A DNA stretch of 53,781 nt, counting the filler, from Sphacelaria rigidula (lineage: Eukaryota), in assembly GCA_964200075.2 (NCBI GenBank). It is 5 parts of 5 records of this genome, joined end to end, with 100 filler letters (N's around TTAATTAATTAA, not from the genome) between each part and the next. Parts side by side here need not be neighbours in the genome. Positions count along the whole stretch, not along the records: positions 1 to 10,677 come from CAXNAA020006095.1; positions 10,778 to 21,454 come from CAXNAA020006096.1; 3 more parts are not named here. One strand, 5' to 3'. The first letter of the stretch is position 1. Each line of letters opens with the position of its first letter. The notes under the pieces are model-generated. The model was not told the origin of the DNA and ran no database searches. It was given only the letters and a program-made list of their open reading frames with translations. The position numbers and the translations under genes are program-made. Shown here piece after piece: positions 1-11,039 of the stretch.

Positions 1-399
1 ACAGCGTTAACGTACCAAGTTGCCTCTTTACAAACACAACGCGCGTGCATGTTCTCTCTCCACTCTGATATTCACCAGCTCCAGAGTACGGCAGCTGCCG
101 CGCTGAGTGGCTCCCGCGATGGTGTTGCCGTCCACTGCCAAAGACCTTCCGATATCGTTCCTCCACTCAGGCGCGCTTGTCTCCGCTGCACCTAGGGCCC
201 TGCACAAGGTAAGTGAAGCACACAACCCGGAGCTGAGCAAGCTTGCCGGACTCGCCGAGAAGTATCACGGAGCCCCTCAAAGTGACACCTAGTTTGTGAT
301 ACTGCCCTTGAGTCGTCTAGTTGCCTCCCACTTTCCCTGGGGCACTGGTACCTGCAGACAAAACGCCTCCCCCGGGGTGCACTGACCATACTTTTTCAC

Positions 400-1050
400 G
401 GTGTATTTGTCTCTACATAAGGTGGCCAACATCGACAAAGAATCGAGACAATAATTCGTGTGCATCTCACGCGATTATGCAAGACTTGCAGAAAAAGTCT
501 TCATCTACAAGTACTCTCTTGACCACCTGGTTTGCGTGCACAACCAAGTCTTCCTCGCGTGCTGCCAGACCCGCTTTGAGTAGTAACTGTGACGTTAGGA
601 ACACGCCTTTCGTTGATTTGGGCATTTCGATAGTTTACGCGTCCCGCTGCCCTTCCTCCGCCCTTTCGATTCTCGTGGAGCCCGGATTAAACATTGAAGT
701 GGCGCCGCACACTAGCCTTTACATGATGAACGGGTGTTGTTATCAAGCCTTCCGTCGGGGTTAGAGCGAAGGACACGACCACGAAACGATGACAGTCCCA
801 TCGCTGCTAATATTGAGAGTCTGAATATATCAGGTACAACGTGCTGTCAATGTTTGAATGATTCACGTATCCGGCGGAATCTAATCTGGCATGGATCTGG
901 TCCAACTGTTGAACACGAAAACCTTCACAAACCGTTGGGAAATGAAATATTTTGCGCTTGCTTATATATGTAGACACATATCAGGTGCTACACCTGTGTG
1001 TCACGCCGCTGGAAGGAATGTCCGTGTGATCTGTTTTCAATCCGTGCTGC
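400..1050 (-). pseudogene. Possible decayed hAT (DUF659-type) transposase
   Basis: HPFI followed by C-A-A-H (needs one frameshift, ~705-737), then IEMPKST...LLLK and VKRVLVDEDFF, matching the hAT order CxxH, PxxTR, VK..I.D..FW. Many stops. Confidence 0.35.
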
Positions 1051-1509
1051 ATTTTCGCGCGTGTGATCCGCGAGGGTCGGCATCAATCCCAGGTCGTGCA
1101 CGCATATAATGTTTCATTACTCTGTTGCTCGGTCCTTGGCGCATGGGTGAACAAACCCATGTGCGCGCCTACACTGGTCTGTGCGCACGAGATCGCGGAA
1201 CTCCGCAGCTACACCCATTGGGCGAAGATCCTCAACTGTGCGGCCGCTAGTTTCACTTTTCCGAATCAACGACAGAGACTAAATATGATTTTCAAGTTTT
1301 ACACATGTAACTGAAGTGGTCTACTCTTGGCGGGTGAAATAGCCTGAGCCGCACACATATCATCCCAATCTCATGCAAAAAGCCATGCATCGGACAGATC
1401 CAATGAGATTCGAACAGTGCCCGTTTTTGTCACGATTGCACTTTCACGATATGGATCATGTCCCCGAGTTAGTGATCCGTGAGCATCCGAGTCCCTACAG
1501 TGAATATTG

Positions 1510-1817
1510 CAAGGTTGTATCCTGTAAGGTACGGGTATACGTTCTGTCGGGTATGGAATTCCTTACAGAACTGACAGAACTGTCGGGTACCGGTATGAAA
1601 GTCCTACAGAAAGTACAGAACTCGTCGGTTACGGTATGGGAGGCTTACAAAAAACCTGTACCGACAATCGGGTAACTCTTCTATGGCACACCCGCCCCTC
1701 GGGTTAGGGTGAAGGTCTTATGCAGAACTCACAGAACTGTCAGGTAAGGGTAAGGGTAAATACCCGGCAAAATACCCCGTGTATACAGAAGATCGTGCCC
1801 TACAGAACACAACCTTA
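1510..1817. mobile_element. MITE with internal ACAGAAC/GGGTA repeats
   Basis: Imperfect 24-bp TIRs CAAGGTTGTATCCTGTAAGGTACG and CGTGCCCTACAGAACACAACCTTA. Confidence 0.65.
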
Positions 1818-2463
1818 AAGTGTTGTCTACACTGATGATCTCCAGGGGGCGAGTCGTGTGTGTCACATTTTCGGTAGGAGGGATTTACACGGTTCTTGGA
1901 TGCGATTCGCATGCGGTCCTATACTTCACTACTAATAGGCCAAGATGTGGATAAAAAACAGAACGTTCGACGCTTGACTAGCTGAGATGAAGATTATGAG
2001 CACACAGTCGTCTGCTTCTTCCTTGTTTTCTTGTGAAAAATGCTCTCGGGAAACCAAACAAACCGAAATACCGAACGTGTTGCACCAAGTGTGAAAAAAA
2101 AGTGTTTTCTCCTTCCTCTGCAAGTCCTTGTGGGACATGTCTCCATTCAAGTATTATCCTCAAACCACCTGCCCTGACATGAACCGATCTCATTGTTCCA
2201 GAGAGATGCTTCTCGTGGTCTGTGTGAACTCTACGTAAAAAGCAACAACACGGCTCGTACCGCACGGAGAGGGCAGATCGTAATACGCATTTAATTGTCA
2301 CTCCGATCAGCCGCAGCGGAATAAAGCGAATACCTCCACCATTGAACGCAACCTCCCTCCTCCCTCCCCCCCGCCCCCTCGCCCCCTCGCCCACCCCCTC
2401 CAGGAGACGAGAATAGAAAATAAAATAAACTTGTAGTTGACAATGGAAGTGCATGGAAAAAAA

Positions 2464-2882
2464 CAGGGGTATACACGTTACACGTGACGCTTTTACGGGA
2501 CACATTCGAAAAAACATAACTTTGGGTCATTTCACCTTACGTGAGGTTTCATTTTTTCGATGGGACAAATGTAACGTGACGCGATGTATCGTATAGTTCT
2601 TCGCATGAACCCTAACATAGCGTTACTTTCCAAATGTGACGACAACTCTGCTTGTTTTCGTGAATTTGTAACGTGTCACGTGTCACGTTAAAGAGTCACA
2701 AAACATGCCTTTTTTTTACATGTGGGAAATCCCAAGAGATACTGCTTCAAGGTCCACACGTTATATCACGTTACGTCACATTTGTCCCGTCCAAAATCAA
2801 GCCTTACGTAGCGTTAAATGGCCCAAAGTTACATTTTTCCTGATTTTTCAAATGTGTCACGTGTGTAACGTGTGTACCCCTG
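2464..2882. mobile_element. MITE with TIRs related to the 22.4-kb hAT-type MITE
   Basis: CAGGGGTATACACGTTACACGTGAC...GTCACGTGTGTAACGTGTGTACCCCTG. Flanks GGAAAAAAA and GGAGAAACA may be a degenerate TSD. Confidence 0.7.
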
Positions 2883-2999
2883 GGAGAAACAAAGGTACAA
2901 TAACAAGATAGAAACCAAAACCCAAATACCAAATACCAAAGTACAAGTGACAATTGATGAAGGCATCCCATATGAAAGCAAACGATCAGACACCAGCAG

Positions 3000-5150
3000 A
3001 CCAAGTTCCCAGAAAACAAACTCAACAAGAGTGTTGAACCGCAAAAAGTAGATGAGACCGCAATAACGACAGGGTTGGCTTGAATCCAGGTTACTCATTC
3101 ATGACAAAGCGCATGTCATTCTTTGAGCTTCATGTATACACCTTTGACGACAAAATATACGGTCTTTGATGTCTCCTTAAAATGCGATAAGAAAAGGGTG
3201 CTCTGTGGTATTTATTGCGGTTTTGGAAAATCGTGGGAAAACACCGCGCGGCAATCGTAATCTGCGGCACGTTGTGCATGATAAATGGGAAACACGGATT
3301 TGCGCGGCATAGCCGCTCATGCGTGCTGAATTTTGCAAGTTTGGGCGGTACCATAAATGAAAAGTAAATACCACAGTGAAACGCGTTTTTTCTCACTACC
3401 GTAAAGGCATCGAGAACAGCCCTGAAGAAAACAAAAATAGGGCTTTCCAGCCAGAACTGTCAAGCACACTTTCTCGTAGGTATTTTGTCCAACAATTGCT
3501 TGAAAACAACACTTTTTTTGTGCCAATTCTCGACGGGTTGCTTGATAAATAGCCCATGATTTCTCACATTGTTTTCAAATTATTTGTTCGGGGAAATACT
3601 CAATCGTCCACGATCCACTATGTACACGCGCCCCTGCGGGAAATTCACCGTCTTCCATTGGGTTGCCAAACAAGCCGACATTCAATGAGCGGTTCATCAA
3701 CAAGAATCGTTCCAAGAAGCTATCTGAAAAAACATGCCCGGCCTTTCTCATAACAGCTCGATTTCTGGAATCGCTTTTGTTCATATGTGGCTTGAACGAG
3801 AACCTAGTAAAAAACATTCTAACTACACTTTCCAACAAATGTAAGCTAGTTCGCGGGGGGAAAACTCGAAAATTGTTGGGCAATGGTTCTGTGAACAAGC
3901 ACAAAGTACAAAAAGACACGCCGAAGGCATAACCACTGCTTGGGGTGTAGGGGATAGTGTAGCGCTCCCCACTATCGGCCGGTGGTGAGCCGCTGGCGGG
4001 GTTTCACAAGAGGGGCCATTCACAGTGTGTACCTGACGCGGCTTAATGTCAGGGACATCTCCGGGAAACATTCCGCCGTTTTTTCTTTCTATTTCTGTGC
4101 TTCGATAGACTTGATTCCATGTTTCAAAGCGGTGAGCACCACCATCAGTAGCGTGCAGTCAGCACAAAGCCGCGGTAAAGGCGGAAGGCAGCTCGCAATC
4201 CGCCTTCCCTCCAGCCCCAACCCCCTCCCAAAACAAAAAACAAAACAAATGCAAAACACTCGACAAGCATGAGTGACGAACTTGCCCCTACAGCACGCCG
4301 TCCACACATGTACTACTTACGTGTATAAGGTGAATGAACCATACGCTGCAAAGCAGTGCTACACGGCTGCCCTACGCTATGAAAAATTGCCTTGCATACT
4401 ATAGCACGCTTCTGAGCTTTGGGGTTACCAAATATCCGCCGGCGGTTGTCACCCAGCCGTAGGGACGGAGGGACCGGGAGGAGTGAGCCTTCTTGATTGC
4501 ATCCTGTAGGTCCTCGGCAGGATGCAATAGATTGGAGCTGGCCCCAGCGGAAACGTTTAAGGGGCATCTCGAGGGCGAACACCATAAACATGAGCAAAGT
4601 ATTGCGCAAAAAGTGTACTACTTGCACGTGCACAATCACCTAGGAGCGCGCCCCGCGCTCTGATGGGGTAAATTCGATGTTTTTCATATTTCGCACCGTG
4701 TTACTGAGCCCACATCGAATACTGTCTGCTTGCGCCAGTTTTGGAACGGTTCGGTACAACAATCGAAATGGACGAACTCTTCCCCCAAGTGTCCGAATAA
4801 GTGCTTCTCTTTCGTGTAAGCAACAACAACGACGGTAAGGGAAAGGCGAGCCAATGTCTGCGACCGCGGGTTCGAGAGATCGGACCAATGTGCGGAAATA
4901 AGAATTGAAATGGTGCGCGCGTTGCCGACACCAAGGGGAGAACAGCGGTATCAGTTTCTACACCGGACTGGTCGCCGTCCGAAGGTCATGGCTGACACAC
5001 TGACACGTAAAACATCTGCAGCAGTCTGTGGGATTTGTCAGCCATTCGAAACGTATACATCTTGCACTTTTCTCCCGAGGTTTATAAAATTGGGGTCTCC
5101 AAATTTGAACAAGGACAAAGGATGAGCGAAGCGACCACTCGAACACCTTC
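3000..5150 (-). pseudogene. Possible decayed Plavaka/CMC-like DDE transposase
   Basis: Ordered, frameshifted fragments YRCSPLGVGNA, VVAY, FVHFDCCTEPF, RIYPIRARGALLGD, FPPRTSLHLLESVV, HDFPKP and VVKGVY, loosely matching the Plavaka motif order from memory. Not aligned. Confidence 0.3.
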
Positions 5151-6117
5151 GCCCCCGCAAGTTGTTCGTGATTTTTGGGGAGGAAGGAAAGGGGGGAGGG
5201 TCAACAGAGAGAAAAACGGATATTGACTGCTCGGATTCAGTCATGATGGCGAAACTTCTCGGGAAAACGCGCAAGAAACTACGGTAGGGAAGGATTGCAA
5301 ATACTCGGTGAAAATGCAAGATAACTCTATGTCCTAAACGACGGGTTTCTGAACCTGTTTGCCCGTTGCCAAAAGAAGCATACGCACTGGAGATTTCGAC
5401 GCTCTGTTCCTAGATGATGCCATAGCTTCATCCTAACCACAACGTAGGCCCATTATTATCGACACTGTTCTTTCGGAGATCTCGGAAATTTTCGGACATT
5501 GCAGGCTCCGTTCAGACTTCTCCAAAAAACGGAGCGGCTTGATTTTTTCTCCGACGCTTTTTGTTTAGAGAAGTCCAAAACTTTCGGCCTGCAACGCAGC
5601 ACTTCGGAAAGCTACCTCGGGTGTACGCCGTTGCGCTCGCAAGTGTTCGAGAGCCATCAAGTACCTTGCCGGTCTCGAACATTTCAGGAGATTTCAGAGA
5701 AAGCAGTGTCGATAAGGGTAGTTCTTGGCGCCACTTTTTCTCCAGACTTTTCTGACTTTTTCGGGTTTTTTCCCGACTTTTCGAAAACAAAATGCTGGAA
5801 AAGAAGTTGAAAACCGGATCTTTCGAGAGAATACGTAGTGCGTGTTGAATTTTTCCATCCCTTGACCCGGTTAAGAAATTTTCTGTCACACGTTTCAGGA
5901 AGAAAGTCTTCTTTTCCCGAAAAAGTGAAGAAAATCTATGAAAAAAACGCTGTCAATAATCACGACCATAAGAAAGGGCCCTACTGGGTTAGTTTTTTCT
6001 TTGACGAAATGAAAAATAAACTACAATGGGTAGATCGCAACGCTCTGTTGTTAGATGATGGGGTAACGCTATCCTACCAAACGAGCACGCCTACGAGTTA
6101 CATGGATAGCATATTAC

Positions 6118-6245
6118 CTGCCGTAGGGCATGCAGTGGCGAACGATGGCCCTCAGCATCATGTTCTCCGCGAGAGTTTGTTCGAACCTGTTTTTCCAGCG
6201 CGCAGACTCAGCCATGTACACGAGCACTATCCTGTTCTCCGCCCT
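6118..6245 (-). CDS. Putative exon of unknown function
   Basis: gctaaccgcag|AGG...CAG|gtaata. Translates RAENRIVLVYMAESARWKNRFEQTLAENMMLRAIVRHCMPYG. Its phase 0 start is compatible with the 8587-9491 exon. Confidence 0.35.
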
Positions 6246-6786
6246 CTGCGGTTAGCGCAAGCATCAAAATACAAACGCATGGGGAATTTCGCACGTTCGG
6301 GTTAGTGAATCAGCAGGAACGGAGTCCAGGATCCTATTACAAATAGGTGTCTATACTGATACGACAGACGGCACACTCAGCCCACACACGGCAGGCCGAA
6401 GTCGATCGTGATTACGCGGTGCTCTGATAGCTGCAGTGTCGTGCCATTTTTTCCCGTGAAGAAAAGAAGGAACCTCGCTCAACACCTATCCCGTAAGCGG
6501 GTTCGTGCGCCGATTATCCGGAGGCTCGGCTAGACCGCCTCGCGGCAGTCATGTGGGGTAGGTGCCTCGGCGTTCGGAAAGCTTTGCTCAAGGCAGTGTG
6601 GGGATCCACCCCAGTTCAACCCCCCATCAATTTGGCGTGGTGCACGCGCCGCCCTACTCTTATGAGCTTCGGCCCTAGGAGTGCCATGCTGTGCTGTGCG
6701 CTGTGCTCTATTGCGTACTGAACCCTCCACTACAATACTGCATTGCATTATATACCATATCACATGTACGGTGAATTCGGTATACA

Positions 6787-6864
6787 TCAGTACAGTACAG
6801 TGCGGTGCAGTACAGTGCAGAACAGTACAGGTCAGTGCAGTACAGCGCAGCACAGTACAGGTCA
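6787..6864. repeat. Degenerate (CAGTA)n pentanucleotide repeat
   Basis: cagtacagtacagtgcggtgcagtacagtgcagaacagtacagg... Confidence 0.75.
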
Positions 6865-7393
6865 GCGAAAAATGTGAAAAATCTCCAGATTGACCCTTCA
6901 GGTACCCAATCATTACTTTCGTGTCTCGATCCCACGGGCACGTGATCATCAAATCACAACAGCCGTCTCATGTAGCTAAGGATCCGTCCTACCGAGACGA
7001 AGAAACAATCGAGGATACAAGTTTGGCTATGAGGAAAGTTGTGACTGCTCACGTTTTTGATCCTCCTGATTGGCCAGGGGCTGATTCTCTATGTTCAATG
7101 CTCTTTAAAACCAGTCTCGAAACAACTCATCGTCTCGGAATAAATTGTTTCGAGCACGGGAAAATAATATCTTGAGAATGCAGAAGGCAACGTAAAAGGG
7201 ATGGCGTGGATGTGATGTTCGCTTCATCATGGGGCCTGGACCACACACTAGAGGTGTACAGCTATTTGTTGGGGGTGTGATGCACTGGTCTGTTCGCGTA
7301 TTGTCACATCGTCACGTTCTAATGAAAAACAAATTCTGCTTCCGATAGGTTTGGCGGGTGAATAATCTCGTGAATATGAGGCTGTAAGCAACC

Positions 7394-7704
7394 GCCGCGC
7401 CCCGGTGGTGTAATGGTCCGACTATCGCCATTAGGGTGGAGCGAACGGGGGTTCAATTCCCGACGCCTTGGAATTTTTCTTCGTAATGTATGATTTCCAC
7501 CGTGGAAAAAGTGAGAACGTGAGTAAACAAGGTAGTCGACTGGGTTTGTGTAACATGAGTTGACGCGGTGCGGGAGTGCTGACCCAATCGGCGAGACTAA
7601 GGAAGCCAAGGAGTGTACCGGGGAGAGATGGGTTGATCCATTGCCACCACGGACTCATCGCGAGGAAGGGGAGGGGTTTAAAGTGTGAGGGAAGAAAAAT
7701 AAAA
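7394..7704 (+). mobile_element. tRNA-derived SINE family A, copy 1
   Basis: Head GCCGCGCCCCGGTGGTGTAATGG (A box) and GGTTCAATTCC (B box), ~230-bp body and A-rich tail. Homologous to 7860-8166 and 49465-49766. Confidence 0.75.
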
Positions 7705-7859
7705 CAGGCACAATCACCCCCAAAAGCAACACTTTTCCTCACTTTCTTTTTGTCTCGATAAGACCCTGCCTACGGTCTCAAACTATTGTTGTGCTGTGCA
7801 TTTCGTTTGCATCGCGACAGTTCCTCGCTCGTATCCGACGCTCTTAGACATTGTGTTAT

Positions 7860-8166
7860 CCTTTTTATTTGTCGCACTTTGAGCCCCTCCCCTTCCTCGG
7901 GACGAGTCCATGGTCGCAATGGATCAACCCATCTCTCCGCGGTACACGCCTTGCCTTCTGTAGTCTCGCCGATTGGATCAACACTCCCGCACCTCCTCAA
8001 CTCTGGTCAACCAAACTCAGTCAACTACCTTCCGTTTACTCACGCACTCACGTTTCCGAGTGTGGAAATCCGATACTTGAAAGAAAAAACCACACACCGG
8101 GATTTCAGCCCTCATTTCCTCCACCCCAATAGTGAAAGTTGGACCATTACACCACCGGGGCGCGGC
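7860..8166 (-). mobile_element. tRNA-derived SINE family A, copy 2
   Basis: Reverse complement aligns by eye along its length with copies 1 and 3. A box intact, B box degenerate. Confidence 0.75.
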
Positions 8167-8586
8167 GGCAAGAGACAGTAGTGTCTTCGCCCAATGTGCT
8201 TCTATCGGTGTGTTCTTTGCTAACGAATAACAACCAACCCGCCGGGCGTAATGAACATATGATGAGACGAAGCATGATAGAGGAGCCCATATGGTGAGGA
8301 TACAACACTGGGCAGCCTACGAGGCTCCGCATTCGAAACCACCGACATCCATCCCACCACCCCATGCCCGCAGCAGGGCGAGTTTTCTCCTGCTTTTGAA
8401 TTGATTTGGCTACATCGCGTGAAATAAAACCCCCGCCGTCCCGGCACATTGAAGGGGTGCTGGGCCATGTACAACGACACAAAACAGTGCTTGGACCGCT
8501 CACGACGCAATACGCCAAGCTTCCACAATAACGAGCACTTCATAAATCGAAATCACAAAACGAAACCATCCGTACGTTCTACTCAC

Positions 8587-9491
8587 CATTGCACCGGACT
8601 CATCGTGGCCCACCGCACCGGAGACGGCATCGGTCTCTTCGCACCCCGCCTCAACCACAACACCATTCATCAGGGTAGAAGTTGTGAGCCGAGCTTCCGA
8701 CCCGTGACCTCTCATGCCCTCCTCGCCCGCTGGCACTTCCAGGGTCACAGCATTTTCCGCCGGCTGCATCTGTTCTGCCCCACCCGTGCCCGCCGCCTCT
8801 GTTGCCACCGGGCCGCTCATCTCCATGTCCCCGTCGGCCGTCGGTGGAGGAGCGGGCGGTCGTTGTTCCTCTGCCCCGATCACGGGCGCCGCATCCACTA
8901 CGGCGTCTGCTGGCGGCGGTGGTACCTCCTGTACATTAGCCAACCCCTGTGCCGTCACCACGACGCCCTCCGTGTCCACCTCTTCTGCCTCGCCCGTGCC
9001 CGCCGCCTCTGTTGCCACCGGACCGCCCATCTCCGTGTCCCCATCGGTCGTCGGTGGAGGAGCGGGCGGTCGTTGTTCCTCTGCCCCGATCACGGGCGCC
9101 GCATCCACTACGGCATCCGCCGGCGGTGGTACCTCCTGTACATTAGCCGACGCCTTTGTTGTCACCACGACGCCCTCCGTGTCCACGACTTCCCCAGGGG
9201 GCGGCGGGGCACCGGGCGGTCGATCTTGACTCGCCACAACCCCCGTTTCCACCCGGCTACCGACCACCCCCCCGCTCCCCTCTCCCATCATGGTCGTGTT
9301 CTCACCGCGCGTCGAACGCCCAACGTTATCCGCCTCTACTGGTCCCGGTGCCGCCTGTGGCACACCTGCCCACGGTTCCGCCCGCCCCACAAAGCCCGAT
9401 TGCAACAGAGCAGCAAGTATTTCCATGCCCCGGTCGGACAACAGAGGCCCATTGTTGATGCTGACGTTAACGCTGACCGACACCCGGTTGT
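8587..9491 (-). CDS. Putative 905-nt exon encoding an acidic Pro/Ala/Val-rich disordered region with an internal ~59-aa duplication; function unknown
   Basis: Open frame (ORF 8500-9483). Branch-like GCTAAT plus atcag acceptor before 9491, and donor ATG|gtgagt after 8587. No recognisable domain. Confidence 0.4.
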
Positions 9492-9959
9492 CTGATTGCG
9501 AGGATTAGCACGGGGGAGGGGGGGTGCGACACGGTGGGGACATATGCGTCAAGACGGGAGACCTTTTACCCGACATGAAAATATTGAAAATATGAAGAAA
9601 GAAAAATCAAACATCAAGGCAAATATTTATCGATCAAAAGTTCGCTTGAACACGTGCAACAGACGCCGCTGCTTGCTCTAGTTGAGATCTTCGCTAAGCC
9701 GTACTTGAAATCCCTCCACGAAATCTCGCGGAAAGACAACACGAAACGATGTTCCACATTTCACGGTTTTAGAAAGGCCCCAACGGGTGAAGGCTCAAAG
9801 TCGGGGGGCGGGGGGAGGCGACATTGGACCAGCGGTGCAACGAGGAAGGAGGCGAGCTTCAAACACACATATCATCGCCAATGTGCGATCAGGTCGACAA
9901 TGACCGTTATTGCCGAATATCAAAAGATTATTAGGATAGGATAGGGTACAAGTACCCAG

Positions 9960-10372
9960 TAATTTGAGGTGTCGATACTTCAGGTACCCTCGAACACTCA
10001 GCGTATTCTGCACTCGATGCCCCAGATACTCTGAATTACTCAGTATTTTTGGTAGTCGATGCTCCAGGTGCTCTGGAATACTCGGCATTTTCGGCAATCG
10101 ATACTCCAATTTCTCTGGCTTATTCGGTATAATTGGCTCTCGACGCTCCAGATTCTCTGGAACATTCCATGTGACCGGCAGTCGATAATCCAGGTGTTTT
10201 GAAATACCCCGCATGTCAGGTAGTCAACACTCGAGATACTCTGGAATACTTCGCATTTGCGGCAAATTGATCCTGAAGAAATTATGGGGTAGTCTTCATT
10301 TCCGGCAGCCGATATTTCAGATACCCCCGAGACACTCTGCATTTTCGGCAGTTGGTACTCCAGGTGTTCCGA
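9960..10372. repeat. ~42-bp minisatellite, about 10 degenerate copies
   Basis: Recurring GATACTCCAGGTGCTCTGGAATACTCGGCATTTTCGGCAGTC-like unit, giving a 14-aa periodicity in ORF 9795-10214. Confidence 0.8.
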
Positions 10373-10677
10373 CATATGTTTTGCTGTTTGCTACTCGTAC
10401 GTTGAACGTAAGGTTTGCGCCATATATTAAACCGCAAGCGGTATCTCACCCTGACGTCAACCATCTTATGCACATGTTCATCAAATCTCTGTACTTTACT
10501 CAGCAGTCTACGGTCTGTAGACTCTAGCCACCAGTGTTACCTAAGGTCAGGGACATTGTAGGTAGAGTTGCGGGTCTGATTGCCGGACTCTGTGATGGTG
10601 ACCTCCATGACGAGTAGAGCCGGTTTTGCCACTCTGGTGGAGAGAGGCTATGGTCCTGTTCTCCTGTACTATGCTGA

Positions 10678-10777
10678 NNNNNNNNNNNNNNNNNNNNNNN
10701 NNNNNNNNNNNNNNNNNNNNNTTAATTAATTAANNNNNNNNNNNNNNNNNNNNNNNNNNNNNNNNNNNNNNNNNNNN
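10678..10777. other. Scaffold gap with artificial linker
   Basis: 100-bp block of N44-TTAATTAATTAA-N44. Confidence 0.97.
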
Positions 10778-11039
10778 GTGCTTGCCGACCCCCGCCAGTT
10801 TGCCCAATAATCTGTGGATCGGCAAGCACAGATTTTTGCGCACGAATTTTTGTGCAGCGGCCAATCTCGAAACCTCGGAGCCCAGCGAATCTGAGAAACA
10901 GACTGGGCTCCTCTCTGTGGGGTGATATAAAGTGTCCGAGACGTGTGCTGGCGGTTTTCCCTGTTTGGGAGTCAAAAGGTGCCAAACGTCCCAAAAGTGA
11001 ACAATTCGTGGGCCAAAAATCTGTGTGCCATAACATCCG

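Noticed and set aside
7394..7470. Functional tRNA genes at the SINE heads (also 16070, 17648, 49690)
   Set aside because: No clean cloverleaf or anticodon arm, and each head is attached to a shared 230-270-bp body, so they are SINEs.
8449..9495. 348-aa plus-strand ORF rich in Arg/His/Cys
   Set aside because: Antisense shadow of the GC-rich minus-strand frame, with implausible composition.
9960..10372. CRISPR-like array or 14-aa repeat protein
   Set aside because: Units are contiguous and degenerate with no unique spacers or cas genes. The ORF periodicity is a by-product of a minisatellite.
10722..10733. TTAATTAATTAA repeated four times in the window
   Set aside because: Always centred in identical 100-bp N blocks. 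It is a six-frame-stop scaffolding linker, not biology.
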